This document shows, piece after piece, positions 62,540-64,000 of a DNA stretch of 64,000 bases. Source of the DNA: Lama guanicoe (Eukaryota). Position 1 is the first letter of the stretch; every line of letters starts with the position of its first letter. Below the pieces are notes generated by a model, which was not told the DNA's origin, did no database searches, and saw only the letters and a program-made list of their open reading frames with translations. Location: the NCBI GenBank assembly GCA_013239625.1, contig MU053379.1, positions 2,090,866 through 2,154,865 of the forward strand, read 5' to 3'. Position numbers and translations under genes: made by a program.

Positions 62540-63030
62540 AGCGACGCCAGCAAGATGGTGGAGTAGGAAGCCTCAGGCATCCTTCCGCCACGGAGACACC
62601 AGCTTAGCAACAGTAATGTGGACCAGGTGTATGAGCCAGCTGTTGCCTTGGTGAGAACTTTAAAAGCCAGCTAAGAGGCTACAGCCCCCGCAGGCTGCAA
62701 GGGCAAGAAGAGGTGCATTGGGGCAGGTAGGAAAGCCCAGTGCACTTCCCTGCCATACCCCACCCCGTCCCAGCGCAGTGCAGCGCCATCAGGGCAAAAC
62801 CCCCAGCTCACTGCCTCTCCCCCTGGAGGGAAACAAAAGATGGGGCGCACGTCCAGTGTTCCGGCTTTTTAGGGTGCTGCCCAAGGGACCAGCTTCTGTG
62901 CTGGGTGACTCAGAGTGCGGGCAGGGGAAGCTGTAACGGCCTGGGATGCCTGGAGCCACTGAGAACGAAGGTGAGCCCCTCAGCTTGCCACAGCACCAGA
63001 GAGACTGCAGTGTCACAGACAGACATGGAA
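62540..63030 (+). mobile_element. Orphan L1 5' end (5' UTR-like)
   Basis: Begins with the YY1-type motif caagatggtggagtagga, typical of L1 5' termini, followed by GC-rich UTR-like sequence. No ORF1 follows. Confidence 0.6.
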
Positions 63031-63618
63031 AGCGTAGAAAGACGTTCTATTCTGAGTAACTCCAAAACTCTCCAGCTGGGGGTAGCGGAGACAGAATCAA
63101 GCATTAGGCAAAGTCAAATAAGACCCAGACAGCATGAGACTTTGAAGATCTCTGTTCAGGAATAATGTTAATAGCAATCAGGTTTGTGGCAAGAAGTTAC
63201 CCAAATACCCACACGGCGTCCCCATGTTTGACGTGAATGGCCTGGGCTGACTTGAGGTACACAGGACGTGAATTTGCCAAGTCAGCTTCTGGAATCCTCA
63301 GGTCCTCTGCTGCGTGTGCTGACCAGGTACCTGGCTTTGTTTTGAAAGAGGTTCTCATGAAGAAAATAAATAGCAAGTTAGGATCAAGAAGACCATTTGA
63401 GAAAAAAGGTGATCCGAAGTCTGGTTCTAGGACAGAATGCTGGAAGAATGGCTTAATGTCACTGTCCCAGAGCATTCTCCAGCTAAAAAGGGCTTCTTTT
63501 CTGCAACAGAGTTTCCGGCGTCCTTTCCTGTCTGAACCAGCAATAGTTAACTTCGTTTGTTTATTTAACTTCATTTTCCTATCTAGGACATAAGCCAAAC
63601 TCCATTAAACCAAAAGCC

Positions 63619-64000
63619 TTTTTTTTGTAATTGTTTTATTGAAGTATAGTCAGATCCAGTGTGTCAATTTCTGGTGTACCACATCATGTCCCAATCACGC
63701 ATATACATACATATATTCGTTTTCATATTCTTTTTCATTAAAGGCTATTATTACAAGATAGTGAATATAGTTCCCTATGTTATACAGAAGAAATTTGTTT
63801 TTTATCTATTTTTATATATAGCGGTTAGCATTTGCAAATCTCAAAAAAATGCCATATGATATCACACATATGTGGAATCTAAAAAAAAAGAAAGGAAAGG
63901 AAAAAAGAGGACACTAATGAACTCATCTACAAAACAGAAACAGACTCACAGACATAGTAAACAATCTTATGGTTACTGGGGGAAAGGAGGGGGAAGGGAT
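63619..64000 (-). mobile_element. Camelid L1 3' end with 5' inversion (runs off the window)
   Basis: 63619-63845 is the antisense terminal 3' UTR. 63845-64000 is a sense copy of the immediately upstream UTR (compare 3044-3130). Confidence 0.9.

Larger units (their letters stand above)
1..64000 (+). other. SLC24A3: SLC24A3 gene body (partial): long introns flanking three exons
   Basis: I recognised no other NCKX exons upstream of 24165 or downstream of 27785. This fits the very long flanking introns I recall for mammalian SLC24A3. Confidence 0.8.

Noticed and set aside
1..64000. A novel multi-gene or prokaryote-style system
   Set aside because: Everything I can recognise is explained by one spliced vertebrate gene plus common interspersed repeats. 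I saw no operon, viral ORF, NUMT or retrogene.

Overview
This is mammalian genomic DNA, most likely camelid (alpaca, llama or camel), judged from two tRNA-derived Vic-1-type SINEs and camelid-style L1 3' ends. The whole window appears to lie inside SLC24A3 (NCKX3, K+-dependent Na+/Ca2+ exchanger 3) on the + strand. Three coding exons are visible: 24165-24239, 27294-27378 and 27682-27785 (75, 85 and 104 nt; from memory, exons 4-6). They splice in frame through canonical AG/GT sites and encode TM1-TM3 including the alpha-1 repeat. The rest is long intron filled with L1, L2, MIR, MaLR/ERVL solo LTRs, hAT and Tigger DNA transposon relics and simple repeats. Almost all ORFs in the supplied track are chance ORFs in GC-rich intron or repeats. 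I found no evidence of a novel multi-gene system. The points worth checking are modest: ultra-short L1 tails truncated at nearly the same point, a twin-priming inverted L1, a SINE with a probable 3' transduction, an L1-Tigger fusion, apparent AT-to-GC drift of old repeats, an intronic CpG island and a few hairpins. Repeat family names come from recalled consensus sequences, and repeat boundaries are approximate unless a target-site duplication (TSD) is quoted.
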